Counted from the stretch's first letter, positions 26,424 to 39,574 are shown. The stretch: 64,000 nt of DNA from Callorhinchus milii (GCF_018977255.1 NW_024704743.1:84384001-84448000), one strand, 5' to 3'. Translations and numbers: made by a program. Notes: generated by a model not told the origin, from the sequence alone.

Positions 26424-28289
26424 ACAATGCATTATTTTGGCACAGACTCCATCAGCAAAATTCAAGAGTTTTATTTTATTTACATTGGTGCTAATAATCA
26501 CCCCGAACAACAGCTCCAAGAGCCCTGGCACGAAAATTAGATTTTATTTGGAACCTGCTGAAATTAGGGTCATGGGACCAAATTAATGTTGAGGACTTAA
26601 ATCAGTTCCCTGTACATGTTTATGTGAACATGCCAAAAATACAAATGTGAATTAAACAGAACATGGCATTCTACAGCATAGCTAAAAGACTATTTCCTAC
26701 TTTGAGAGTAACCATAGCAAAAAATATTGTAATGCAATGGACATTGGGAGCCCCTGCCTCATTAGACTCAAGAGTATCTATGTAAGTGTACCACTTTTAT
26801 AATACAAACAGGAGTTTTATGTGGATAATAATGTCACAGCATGTCTATGCCGAATGTTCCCATCTTTTGCCAAGTTTGAAACTTGCATCAGTGGGTGGGA
26901 TTGTGGCTCGGGTTCTGATTAGCTTTGCTGCTGATAAAAAAATACTTTAAAAACATTAATAACTTATCTCTTTGCATTACAAGGTGCAGAAGTGCACATG
27001 CTTCTATTTTGGAACAAAAAGGAGTTTTGGTACCTGGTTTACCTTTTAGAAATTTACAGAATTCTATCTCAGAAGACAGATTGCTCAATCAAATCTGAGT
27101 CATGCCACCTCTGACATGGTATTGGAGAATGAAATTGATGAACTACTGTTAAATCATAACACTGTGCCAGCAGCATCTCTAATACTGCATTATCACTGTA
27201 CCCTTTCCATTTTAGTGGCACAGTTCAAAACTCTGGCACCATTGTTAACAGGAGAGTAAATATAGGGTATATGGGTTGCATGCAGTGAAATTGCATTACG
27301 GCTGCAAACCACAGAGCTGACACAATTCAACAATGGTGCAAAGCTAATAGAATGTAGACCATTAAATTAAGTCTATGGGCAAGAAATTTCTCATGCTGCT
27401 AAGTATAACAACTTTGATGACGTTCTCCAACATTGGCTGAATGCTCCTGTTAGCGACATCACTCTCGTGTCGCCACGCTGAAGGAAATTTCTGCTCTGTA
27501 CATTGCAGAGAAAAGTGGACCCATGGCTCGTTTGTAAAATGCATGTACACCATAGCTGCACGTGACATCCCACTTCAATTACTGATGCCTAAGGTTAATA
27601 AGTAGATTAATTCTCTGCAGAGATATTCTGAAATACAAAGGGATGTTTTATATGATAATGAATAGGGAATGCAGATGTTTTATGCCTTACAAGAAGCAAT
27701 TGACATTGATATGCTATTACTACAATTGCAGTTCACCAAGACTGACTTCTCTTCTGAAGTATTATGCTTTGAATTGAGCTTCAAGTGGGTGAAAAGCACA
27801 ATTTGTATGCAAGGATTTCTGTGCTTGCCTCTAAATGTTAACTCTAGAGGAAAGATAAACTCAGTGTGAGATTCTGCAATACAAGTTACCTATCTGCGCC
27901 GTNAAAAAAAAGCTTTGGTACAATTTACAGTTTCATAATATATTCAACATGATAATGTTTGCAATGAATGCATTATGAAAACACTGCAGATTTCACCCTA
28001 TAGTACTTAATCCATGATCAGATATTTCCAACATAAACATATGTTCTGCATTGTTCAATCATACAGTCATTATTGAAATAGTCTTTACAATGCATTGCAA
28101 TCATACAGCCACATGGTATTTTAAAGAAATAAGAAAGAATTTGCTTTTTTGTAGTGTTCCACGTTAACCATCTCAAAGCACTTCCCAAGTAATTACTGTC
28201 AGGTATAATGCCTGTATTAGGCAGCCATTTATGCTATCTAGAAAAGTCTCATAAACAGCCATGGTTAATGACTAATTAATCTGAAGGTT

Positions 28290-28740
28290 TGCTACAACTT
28301 GTGTTTATATAGCATCCTTCATGTAGAATTATGTCTCAGAGCACCTCACAAGGAGATGGTTGGACACCAAGAGAGGGAGGAGAGGGAGGGGGAGGGCTGA
28401 TGATGTGGAGGTGTTAGCCAGCAGATAGAGATAAATTCACTTGTCTTTTTGAATAATATGATGGGATCTTTAATGTCCACCCAAGTTTGCACCAAAACGA
28501 AAATTGTACAAATACGTTTAGTGGCTGAAGGCGCAGCTGAAGGAATGGAGAGGTCAGGAATCCACAGCAGGCCTGTGTTGGCTGAGCAAAGGGGGCGGTT
28601 AGAGGAGTGTCAGAGATGTGATCAGGTGCTAGGGCATGAAGAGATTTGCATGTGAGAGTAAAGATCTCGGAGTTGATTTACGGGGAGCCAGTGGATCCTT
28701 GCGAGGATTGCAGTAATGGGTCTGTGGAGTTTGTTGCAGC
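28290..28740 (-). mobile_element. L2 fragments with a small DeuSINE piece
   Basis: caacttgtgtttatatagc tail; ggctgaaggc, ggggagccagtgga (reverse LHWLP). Confidence 0.6.
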
Positions 28741-28891
28741 CTAGTGTGGTGTCCTGCATCGTCCTCATATTTTGACATAAGCAGTTCAGCAGCACAGCAA
28801 GGATGAGCTGTAAAAGTGATCCTGCCTCACAAAGATTTTCCTAAGACTAAGTCATGCTGTGGTCATTCAGGACTTCAAGGCAATTAGGTCT

Positions 28892-29660
28892 TAATAATAA
28901 TTCTTACAATTTGATACAGTGCCTTATCACATCATCAAAATATCTCAAAGCAGTTCACAGGATTTTACTGTGAGATTTAGTAACTGTATTTGAGGGCAAA
29001 TGAGGCAGCCAATTCAGATACAACAATATCGCACAAACAGCCATGAAGTGAATGATCAATTTTATATTTGGGAGATTATTAGCCAGGACACTGGAAGAAA
29101 GTCCTTTCTCTTTTTTGAATAGTGTCCTGGGACACTATGATGTCACCTGAACAGGCAGCCGGGACTTCATTTTAACATCTCAACTGAAGGACGGCACCTC
29201 TGGGAATGCAGCATTTCCCCAGCATTGGCTTTTCCCTGCAGCTCTGCAAATTACCCCTTCTAAATATCTATCAACTTCTCTCTTGAAGGTTAGTATGGAG
29301 CCTTCTTTGACCATTATACTTAAGGGCATTCTACATTCCTGTGTGTAAAAAAACCTTATCTCCACCTTTTTTCCCTTGCAAATTATTTTAAATTGATGCC
29401 TCACTCTATGAAAACTTCTGCTTATTTTAAAGATCTCTATCAAGTCTCTCCTCAACCTTCTCTGCTTCAATGAAAATAGGCTCAATTCCTCCAGTCTCTG
29501 CTCATGGGTAAAATCATTCCTTCCTGCTATGACCCAAGTAAATTTTCTCTCACCTAATCTATGCCCCTGACATCTTTCTAAAGTGGGGATATATTGGAAT
29601 GTCAGCTTCGACTACGATCTCAAAGTCCCAACATGGGGATTGAACCAAAACCTTCTGACC
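28892..29660 (-). mobile_element. DeuSINE (28892-29230 and 29595-29660) split by CR1 (29235-29590)
   Basis: Deu domain to gacggcacctctgggaatgcagca; ORF 29180-29485 LFSLKQRRLRRDLIEIFKI (CR1); SINE head resumes ggaatgtcagc..aaccttctgac. Confidence 0.85.
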
Positions 29661-30699
29661 AAACCTGAAACCTGGCTGTGTTCTCTGCATGTTAAAGAGT
29701 TTATTTTAGGGATCAAAGTCTGAATTTTCACCAAGTCATAGTCTGTACGACCATGTACCTTAACATTTAAGATTGCCCATAATTGTGGAAAATTCTTCAA
29801 ATTCAGCCTGAATTTGGAAGCGGTTTGTCTGCAGTGCTTCAATCTTGACATCAGATTGGGGGTCTAAAAGAAGCAAACATTATCACTAAAATTTCACAAT
29901 AGAAGCAATAGGAGAGTGAATGAACATGAACCCTGAACTCACACCTCCCTCCCTGATCAGATGGTCCAATCCCAGCACTGATTACAATACAACACATTCT
30001 CTGCAAATGCATCAGTTCTGCTTAAGAAAGATATTTGGATGGTTCTAGCAGCATCTAATTGGCTTCTGTCAGTATCCTCACGTTCCATCTTTAACTCTGT
30101 TAAGCGTTTTTATAATAGTGTTAGCAAGAGCAACCTGTTCTTTCATTAATAGCGATTGGATCTTTTTAGTCTGCTGTGGACTATAACTTAATAAAATTTA
30201 TAGTAGGCAGAATCAAGTTGCAGATGTACAGTGGGGCTATTTGTTCCCTTAAAGTGACAGCCTACCCAAATTCACAAGATTTCTGAATTGCCTGATTTTA
30301 TCATCTGTGGTTTATTGTGTCAGTAAATTCAAAAGGGAATTAGATCGCTATTTGAAGAATAGACTGATTAAGGCGTACGAGCGATAAAGTACTGTAGGAT
30401 TCATTATTTTATTATCTTTTTACTTTTGGATCAGGAAGATGGACTACAGATATTTTTCAGCTTCTATACACTGCTGTGTCAATGTTGACCCAATTAGGAC
30501 CATATGATTTTACATTGTCCCCTCAGATACAGTAAGATTAATAATAATAAATTACAATAATAAGGCTTGCATTTGATATGGTGGCTTTAACATAGTGAAA
30601 TATCTCAAAACGCTTCACGAGATTTACTGTATAGTGTAGTGACTGTATATGTTTTTTGTAGATGAATTTGCACATAGCAATGTCCCACAAACAGCCATT

Positions 30700-33310
30700 T
30701 TATTCCCTTACAACTGTTTATCAAAAATGAAATAACTATTATGTCAAGCATTTTGGGGAGGAAAAGAAAAACCAAAAATCATTCCAGTTTTTTTAAAGCA
30801 CACACGTGTGTAAGACACAAGAAACGTTTAAAAGCAGCAACTGTTATTGATACAAATTTGAACTTACATTGAAAAGTTGCATCCGGCATATTACAGCTGA
30901 CGAACATTAGATATACATTGATTTAACAATAAGGTATTAGTTGTGATTAACCACCCTCAGAAAATGCAACATTACAATGGGGACTATTTACACAAAGTTG
31001 CTGTGCAGTGACTGATTTATTATTAACATATTTGTTGACATTGTTTGCAGTGTAATAATTAATTGGCCAAACTTCTCAGTTCAGTGGGCCGCAGCTGGTT
31101 TATTCACAGTGTTAATAACATGATCGGGCAGCTTGTCAGCAAACTCTCTGTTTACATGTATGCCTGCTAATCTTATATATTTATTGAAAAGAATACTCAT
31201 AATGATAATTTAATCTGTTTGCCAAGCAAAGCTATTTTTACATGATCAGGATCATGTCTATAGTCTCCACAGGCGAGGTTTTGTTTTGGGCTTTCCATAA
31301 ATTAAATGTATTAAAATGTGGTACATTGGGCACCCAATTAGACTTATGACTTTTGCATCAAGCAATCGGCCAGAAAACATCATTCACATCAGTGAATAAG
31401 TCGCATCCTTGGCTCAATGGCAAAGTGTGACTTAATGTTTCTTTCCTTTTCAACTTGGTTAGACCAACAGAAGAGGACCCTGCTCTGTGCATTGTATCAA
31501 TATTGTCAATGTAAAAAATAAAAACACCTAATTTGCAATGTTTTATGATTTTTTAAAATTATTTGCAAACGGTATTTTCATGGAATAGAATGTCAATCCC
31601 ATTGTAATAGGAAAAAAATTGAAACTTGCTAACAGTGTTTCTTTTTGGACTTACCATGAATTTGCCTATTGATGTATTGGTTTATAAGTCAGATCTGTCT
31701 ACGTTTGTGATATGAACATATGCTTTATACAGGGCTGAAGTCCTATCTAAGTATAAATAATCTTCAGCTGCAAAGGTATTATTTACTTTACCAAAAGTAT
31801 TCATTAGCCCTACAGGACACTCATTTGCAGTAAAAGCTAACTCTTAAATGATTAGATATATTTGTTTTTTATTGTTGTTTCATTTCACAAAACTGCAAAA
31901 GTCCAGGCAACATTTTGTCAGAAAAACAATAAAGAATATGAAAAGCCCATCTAGCCAGAACATTGGACATTGCAAAACAACCTACTGTTATTATCGGATA
32001 TATCAAAACTGACAAGGAAAACTTTGGCCGTTGATTGAACAATATTTCACAGGGACAGCAGAAGCCGGTCTGAATGCAGTTTTAAATGGATCTGCTTGTC
32101 CTAGAGAACCATGGGTATGCAGTTTATGAGCTTAATTTAATTGCTGATGTTTGGATGCTGTACGAAAAAATGGTGACAGTGCAAAATCATTCTTTCGATT
32201 TTTATTAGTAATGAGAGAGAAAGAGAGAAAACAGAAGACCTGTCAGGCTCTGCAGTACGTTAAGAATTGACAGCACATTAGACTGTGCGGCTTATTTGTC
32301 AGGAGCTGTGAAATTATGATTAGGTGCAGATATTTGTATGGCAATTAGCCTTCTGCACTACATTTTCTTAGAAGATGGGAGGCAGAAGTGACAGAGAGAG
32401 TAAAAAAAGGGGGGAAAAAAGGTTTCAACAGGCACACAAGCAGCAAAGTGATTGAATGATCTCATTTCAGGCTCTTTGTTAGACAAAAGGCAGCACTCTA
32501 TGAAGATTGATACAGAAGTGTTGGGCTTCGTTTGCTGCATCATCAAATGGATTGATATTATACTCCAGCAGTGGATGAAGACAAAGTAACTGTTATCATA
32601 CTCAATACAAGGGCTTGTCAGGAGCGGAAAATCATCCCATGTCACTGATTATAGGAGCGTTTCATGACTGTCATGTGAATTTATTGGCTAGATGTCATGT
32701 GCAGGAGGCTGCATCAGAACTCTGCATTTATCGAGCAAGGGCAGCAGCAGGTATATCTCAGCATTTTGCGGCTTGTTTGATCTATGCAGGTTTCAACATG
32801 TCTCAATTTGATTTAACACTACTTTTAAAGGTGTTACAGCCAGGCTTATCTACATACTAAATGACACGCAGTATTCATGAATAAACATAACCTTACACTC
32901 AGGGTGAATGATATCAGCCTTCAGATTGGTCCTCACTGCTGTTTGAGTCTTCGCAATTTTTTTCATTTGTGGCCGCAATTTAATAAAGTATAATGGGAAG
33001 TTTTTTTCTGCTGGATCCCAACACGATCAGCTGAACAAAGTTCCAGCGTGCAGTCGAGCCTTTTGAGCGCTTTAATCTGAGCACTCATAAAATTCATCAA
33101 ACTTACATTGTGATTTTCAGTCAGTGGATTTTGATACAAGTGTCGAGTAAGAACCATTCAGCTCAATCCTCGGGATGTTCAGCCCAACGTGAAACCTGCT
33201 ATATAAATGCAATTTGTTGTTGTAAGCAGTCTGCTTACTGTTAGCAATGTTTATTGCAATATCACCTGAAATAATGTATAATAAATGATATATAATAAAT
33301 AACCAGGTCA
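30700..33310. promoter_or_regulatory. Candidate conserved non-coding enhancer cluster
   Basis: Longest stretch with no recognisable repeat; TGACAG/CTGTCA at 32174, 32240, 32268, 32389, 32668; TGATTTAT at 31013; many TAAT/ATTA; no credible ORF. Confidence 0.55.
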
Positions 33311-33753
33311 ATTCACAAATTTATTCCCTTGCCCTCTCTCCCCCAAATGTTTTCCTTTCAATTTTCTCCCTCTGCCCTCTGCCTCTCTATGAAAGTGTTT
33401 GCCTGCCTTTTCCTTCTACTGGGTCAGGTTCTGTGAGTGTCATTCTCACATGAGCGATGCCACAATTATTAACAGATATGATTTGAAGTTTATTACTGCC
33501 TTTAGGCCTTCTATAAAATGACAAAATACCCATATAATAGTTAATCAAAAATATGGTGTAAGAATTTAGAAATAGAAATAACAACATTAACAACTTGCAG
33601 TTATATGGCGCCTTCACACAGGTTAGCGACCCGGAGAATAATAACTGTTACTCCATGTATGTTTTAATAATCTGATATTTTAGCCACCAGCCACACCTCC
33701 TTATTAGCCCCATGAGCCCACACCACAGCCATCAGCATCCTCTTTTGTGAAGG

Positions 33754-34500
33754 CAACAACAACAATAACAAGATTCCATTTATAGAGCACCTTTCACGTC
33801 GGGAGGACGTCCCAAGGCGCTGTACAGTTGGGTCAGGACCCGAGCAGGGGAGAAATGGTTAGGGTGAGGGGAGGGAAGGGAGGGAGCGAGGAGGGGGTAG
33901 AGAGTCGAGAGGGGAGCTGAAGGCTCGGTCAAAGAGAAAGGTCTTGAGACCGGCCTTGAAGGAGGAAAGGGAGGAAGCAAGGCGAAGGCACTGGGGGATA
34001 GAATTCCAGAGCCTCGGGGCTGAGAGGCTGAAGGCCCAGCCACCGATGGTAGGGCGGTTGGGGCGGGGGATGTGGAGCAGACCGTAGCCAGAGGAACGGA
34101 GGGTACGGGCAGGTAGGTAGGGGGATAGTAGGTCGGAGAGGTAGGAGGGAGCAAGGCCGTGAATGGCTTTGTAGGTGAGGATGAGGATCTTGAATTCGAT
34201 CCTCTGGGGGATGGGGAGCCAGTGGAGGCGAGCGAGGGTGGGAGTGATGTGGTCCCGAAGCCTGGTGCGGGACAGTACACGAGCTGCAGAGTTCTGAATG
34301 ACCTGCAGCTTGTGGAGGGAGGTGCCGGGAAGGCCAGCGAGGAGAGAGTTCCCATAGTCCAGCCTTGAGGTGATAGAGGCGTGGACCAGAGTTTCAGCAG
34401 CGTGAGGGGTGAGGTAGTGCCGTAGTCTGGCGATATTCCGGAGGTGATGGAAGGCGGTGCCAGTTGTGGCGCGGATATGAGGGAGAAAGGACAGCTCAGG
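33754..34500 (-). mobile_element. Young 5'-truncated L2 LINE
   Basis: Uninterrupted ORF2 C-terminus, CpG-rich, 3' UTR with (gtt)n tail; candidate TSD AGGCAA at 33751-33756 and 34498-34503. Confidence 0.95.
33859..34500 (-). pseudogene. L2 ORF2 C-terminal fragment (downstream of the RT core)
   Basis: LRNIARLR..SRLDYGNSLLAGLP..LQVIQNSAAR..HITP..LHWLP..IEFKIL..LAPSYL..AFS..APRLWN..FKAGLKTFLF; the TTG start comes from the junction. Confidence 0.9.
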
Positions 34501-34599
34501 CAATTAGTTGCTGGAGTATAGTTTATGATCCACTATCCATAAACTTCAACTTATCCAAAACTCCACTGCTTGCATCCTCTGCTGTACCAACCTCGGTAT

Positions 34600-35020
34600 G
34601 TGTTTCATCCCAGTCCTCTCCAGGCTCCACTGGTTCCCTGTCTCTCAGTGAATCGATTTCAAGGTCCTCAGCCTCACCTACAAATCAACAACAACAACAA
34701 GATTCCATTTATTGAGCGCCTTTCACGTCGGGAGGACGTCCCAAGGCGCAAGTCCCAAATCCCTTCATGGCTTAGCACCTCCCTGTCTCTCCAATGTCTT
34801 TGTGCCACCCCCACCCTTCTATCTATGTATCTATGTATTGATCGATCGATATATCAATCTATCTATCTCCAAGACTCACCTTAAAACCTATCTCTTTGAC
34901 CACAACAATGGTAATCTCCACCCCCAGCTCCACCCCTGCCCCTCTCAGCATCACTGCAAAACACCCTGTGACTCACTCGACATGAAATAAGCTGTATAAA
35001 TCCAAGTTGTTCTTGTTGTC
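34600..35020 (+). mobile_element. Older L2 fragment containing a reverse 65-bp copy of the young L2 tail (34687-34750) and a (TATC)n-like tract
   Basis: ctccactggttccc (LHW), KSLHGLAPPCLS, KTHLKTYLFD; insert almost identical to 33765-33820. Confidence 0.85.
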
Positions 35021-35029
35021 ACTAGGTGA

Positions 35030-35330
35030 CCAGGCCCTTTGGCCAAGTTGCCATTCTAGATATCTGAGCCTGACAATGATTGTTGTCAGGCTGTACGCCA
35101 GTGATCCTGATCCTATTCTCGGTCTCTATCTGCACACATGCATTTTCCAACAAAGAATCACTAGATGGTGATTAGGAGCAGGAACTCGGTCTGATTTATT
35201 TCCCTTCACCAGTCCAGGGACACTGAGGCAAATTGCAGCATTCCTTCTGCTGCCCTACTCATCAACACTCTTCACAGACTAGGATTTGAACCTGGGTCCT
35301 TCTGGTCTGTGTAGGTTAGTAGTGGACCAG
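35030..35330 (-). mobile_element. Third tRNA-headed SINE family (SINE-C), old
   Basis: Minus strand acagaccagaaggacccaggttcaaatcc (B box), ttgcctcagtgtccctgg, gttcctgctcctaatc; related pieces at 9925-10000, 43956-44045, 51380-51630. Confidence 0.65.
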
Positions 35331-37149
35331 GAAAGAGCACCTTTATTATTCTACCTATGAGGCTGATTAAATTGTGGTTTCAAATGCTTACTTCACAAGT
35401 TCTTCTGTCTGCCTTACATATTAACAAAAACTGTAATACTGTAGTGCAATGGGAGTAATTTGCTGTCTTCTTGTTCTCTATATTGAGCAGCATTTGAAAG
35501 CATCAATTTATAAACATGACTCTTAATTTTCTACCTTTTTTGTTCTCTGAAGAGCAGGGGAAAAAAGGAAAAACAGCAGAAATGTTCCTTAAATTCCTTG
35601 AAAATGTTGCCTTTATTGAAACGGGCTCTGTTTCAATGCTTGAATGGGAAAGAACTTATGAATTCTGAGTGCCATTCCACTGCTTTGAAATCAGGTTGCA
35701 GGATGCAAAGCTGCTGTAATCCCAGAAGCTCCCACTTCTGATAATTGTTTCTGAAAGATGTCACTTAATCATCATTTGGCTACAACTTGACCTTCTCTCT
35801 CACCTCAGAGATTTCTCTTTGAAAACTACAGAGTATTAGATGGTACATAAATGTGAATTATGCTCCTGCTGTGATGAATAGATCACACTGCAGTAAAACA
35901 ATAGAATAATGACGTTTAAGAAGATCCCTATCTACCTAGTTTAAAATGTTGAGAGCAAGCGTGCCGGCCTAACCTGCAGCTCCTTGCTTATGAACATTTT
36001 CCATCAAGTGGTGACCCAGAAGAATTATGGTTGACCGCACAGTTCCAATAAAAAAATCATCGGGTCTGTACCTGGGGACTGGACTACGATGCTGGGAGAC
36101 GGTAGCTTTTGGTGAATATTTCCACAAGAAGCCAGCTGACCATCCATCTCCCTTTTTAGCTGGTGTCAGAGCTGGTTTACTTGATGATGATTTGATGCCC
36201 AGCAATTGCTCCCCCTTGCCCACTGAAAATGAGTAATGACAGCGAAACACAGACCACAGAATGCAGGCCAACATATTGTACCACGTAATTCCCATTACTC
36301 TTTCACCACTCAATACCTACAAATATTTGTATTTCTGAAGCTTACCACATCCCCTCCCCATCACCATCACCACCCAGAAATAAAGTAACAAAATCCCAAT
36401 TTGTCATACACTGAAATGTGCAGTGTTCTGTACATAGTTCCATTATGATTTGAAAATTGCTCAGATAAGAATCTAGTCAATATTGTGCCTGAAGGATTTT
36501 CTTTTAAAGAGGACGGGGCACTAAATAATTTTAGCTCCCATACAATGTTTCTACTGCAGATTTGCTTTGAGCAGAAGAAAGCTTGCATAAGCACAGTGGC
36601 TTGTTATTCATGGATTGTGGCCCCTGTTCTGCCCGCAGACATTCTTGGACGTTTTGAAGAATGTTTTTGCAGGGCAGCATTGCAGAAGCGACATTGCTGG
36701 CCAGTATAGGTGGCCTGAGTGCCTTGCCTGGTCATGACCGGAAAGAAACAGTAACCAGTGGTACTGAAATCAGTGTTTTTATTGGTCCCTCAAGAGCACA
36801 TCAAATGCAGTCTTCTCTTTGGGAGAGTCTCAACCTCCACTGGAAGTAATAGTGCTGCCAGTTTGACCCTTGTAGCAGAGCAGACTCTCTGATAAGGGTG
36901 ATGCATTTCTAGATAAATGCAGCACTAAATGCATCCACTCGCTCGCACGCACCAAACTCCATAGGATTACACTGAGCAGATTTCCTGCAGGATTTTTTTT
37001 TCAGGTTGAGGGAACAATGTTAAGTGGTTATTTATTTCATCCATGAGGGACCAACAACAACCCATAGTGAATATGGGCTCACTCCAAGGTCGTGACCGAG
37101 GGCACAAAATAACTGCACGTTTCACTAAAAAGCCAAAGAGTTACACAGA

Positions 37150-37450
37150 AACAAACTTTGAGTGAAGATTGACATTCACTCGTTCATTAAACCAAGGCCA
37201 GATGGACATTAAAACTCCCATGACAATTCAAAAAGAGAAGGGAGTTTCTCCCAGTGTCCCGACCAACAATCTCTAAAGTAAAATTGATTCTTCACTTCTT
37301 GACTGTTTGTGCGATATTGCTGTGTGCAAAGTGGCGGCCTTGTTTCTCTAAAAAATGCAGTCAATCCATTTAACAGCAAATTATGTGAAACACTTTGAGA
37401 TGTCCTCCTGATGTGAAAGGCGCTATATTAAATGCAAGGATTATTATTAG
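37150..37450 (+). mobile_element. DeuSINE 3' part
   Basis: gagaagggagtttctcccagtgtcc; tail gtgaaaggcgctatattaaatgcaaggattattatt. Confidence 0.8.
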
Positions 37451-37875
37451 TTCTGTTTATTTCCTTTATTATGTTTTGAATATATTTCATCAAACGAAAT
37501 GTCTGGGCTGTGCAAGTAACTGAGCCCATCGCAAAGGGAGACCGGAATTAACACAAATACAGTTGAAATGATGGAATCTCTCAAGTTCCTCAGGTTTTAA
37601 CGACTATCTCTGCTGGTGTTATTCAGTTTCCTCACAGAGGCATGGCCATCCAGCAGCCCCCCCACTCCCGTCACTAATTAAAAATGTTCAAAAAATCAAT
37701 TGTGAAGGAAACAAAGCAAAGGGATATTACAGTTCATATTAGTTCTTCTTAATTGGTTTTAACTCTTATTTTTTATAGGTTTTGATATAAAACTAGCACA
37801 AACCGTAACAGCAGGTCCAAGCTGTTACACATATTTTAGCATTGTACATATATATAAATACCATAGCCGAACACA

Positions 37876-38935
37876 TAATAATAAATCCTTGCATTTGATA
37901 TATTGTGTCTTTCACATCAGGAGGACATCTCAAAGAGTATCATAGGAATTACAGTAAAATACAATTTACATTTATATTTCATGTTGGAAGGACATCACAA
38001 AGCACCTGACAATACTGGATGGGCCCCCGAGCTGGGTATTGTAGGCAAGGGGGTTGGGGAAGAGAATGATGACCAAAAGTGCGTTTTGAGATGAGATGCC
38101 TTGAAATGCTATGGGGATAGTGGGGAGTTTGACCAGGATGGTAAACCTATCACACTGTAATGTAGGTGTCCTAAGCTGGGTCAGGGAGGACAGACACCTC
38201 CATGGAGTAGAAGAGCAAAAGCTCTCTTGATTTTTCAGTATGAATACAGACAGTGAAAGCAGAGCCTCCTGATCCTTTTGGCATTTGGGGTTTTAAGCAG
38301 GAGGTGTCAGAAAAGTTACCGCAAGGATAATTGGCTTGTTGCAGCCAATTGCTCATAGTGACGTCACTTTTTGATACTTCAACATCGTCTTTTCCTATCA
38401 TTGTGAAGCAGATTTCACTAAGCATTGGATCATTCACACACTAGTATGGAACTTGAACTGGGTTTAGACCATTGTGAAAAAAGTTAGTTTTACGCGACTG
38501 ATGAAGTATTGTCGCAATAGTAATCCATGTCATGAGATGAGGGAGGAAGACGGAGGAAAGGAGGAAAGATGAATTTACTACAAAGTGTAGTGACTGTATA
38601 TTTGTAGATGAATGTGGCAGCCAATTTGCACACAACAAATTCTCTCAAACAAACATGAAGTGAATGACCAATTTTATTTGGGGGATTGTTGGCCAGGACA
38701 CCAGGAGAAACTCCCTTTTCTTTTTGAATAGTGCAATGGGAACTTTAACCTCCACATGACCAGGAAGACAAGACCACAGTTTAATGTTCCATTCAAAGGA
38801 CAGCACCTCCAATAATGCAGCACTCCCCCAGCTCTGTATTGGACTGGCAGCATAAACTGTTAGCTCAAAGTCCTAATTTCTGCTTTGAATTCCTTAATCT
38901 TCATATTCAGAACCATGGACTGACCAGCTAACACC
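37876..38935 (-). mobile_element. DeuSINE (37876-37960 and 38570-38935) interrupted by L2 remnant and 28S fragment
   Basis: Tail to ggaattacagtaaaat; resumes gaatttactacaaagtgtagtgactg through Deu domain and head. Confidence 0.8.
38113..38526 (+). pseudogene. 28S (LSU) rRNA fragment, domain V / peptidyl-transferase region, decayed
   Basis: Colinear with 28S as recalled: tggggagtttgac, aggtgtcctaag, ttttaagcaggaggtgtcagaaaagttacc, tcctatcattgtgaagcaga, ctgggtttagacc, gttagttttac, gcaatagtaatcc; many CpG>TpG/CpA changes. Confidence 0.95.
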
Positions 38936-39574
38936 CACTTTATAAACCTGTGAATAAGAATACAGTTTATTTTACAAAAGAACATATTGTACATCTTCAT
39001 CCAAAGAAACTAATAATAAAGAACCAGTGCATTAAAATGTATCCTTCCTAAATTAAACTGTTCCACAACATTACTTTTATAAACATTTCAAATGATTTTT
39101 TACCTAACATTCATGTGAGCAAAAATAAATGAAATCAATGGAAAAAATGAATGTTTGGAAAACACGGTACAGACAATATTGAACAGATTTTAATTGTGAT
39201 TTGATTTCAATTCCTCTTATCCAGATGATGAATGAATGTTACCCTTATAGAGCAGTAAGGCATAAGAGTCTTTAACATGACAATTAAGTGTCTGCCTTTG
39301 GATTATATGTTGGTTCCTTCTAAGATTACTTCATCAGTACAGTGCAGCTTTTGTGCAGATTAAAACAAGACTCAATTTTCTCCATTTTCCAGCACTTACA
39401 TATATTTTATGACAAGCACTAAATCAATTTTATGCTACTATTGATTTTTGTTCTTAAATAGCCATCAGTGCTTTCTGCCATTTTCTCCAGCTCCTCGTTG
39501 CACTTTCCTTTTAATTTGTCTAACGCAGAGCCAGCTACAGGCACTTTTATATGATGAAGAAGGAGACAGTATGT

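Noticed and set aside
33780..34368. 191-aa and 69-aa ORFs overlapping the L2
   Set aside because: Alternative frames of GC-rich L2 ORF2
38113..38526. Functional rDNA unit or R2 insertion site
   Set aside because: Short, CpG-decayed and isolated; the R2 target lies upstream of this segment and is absent
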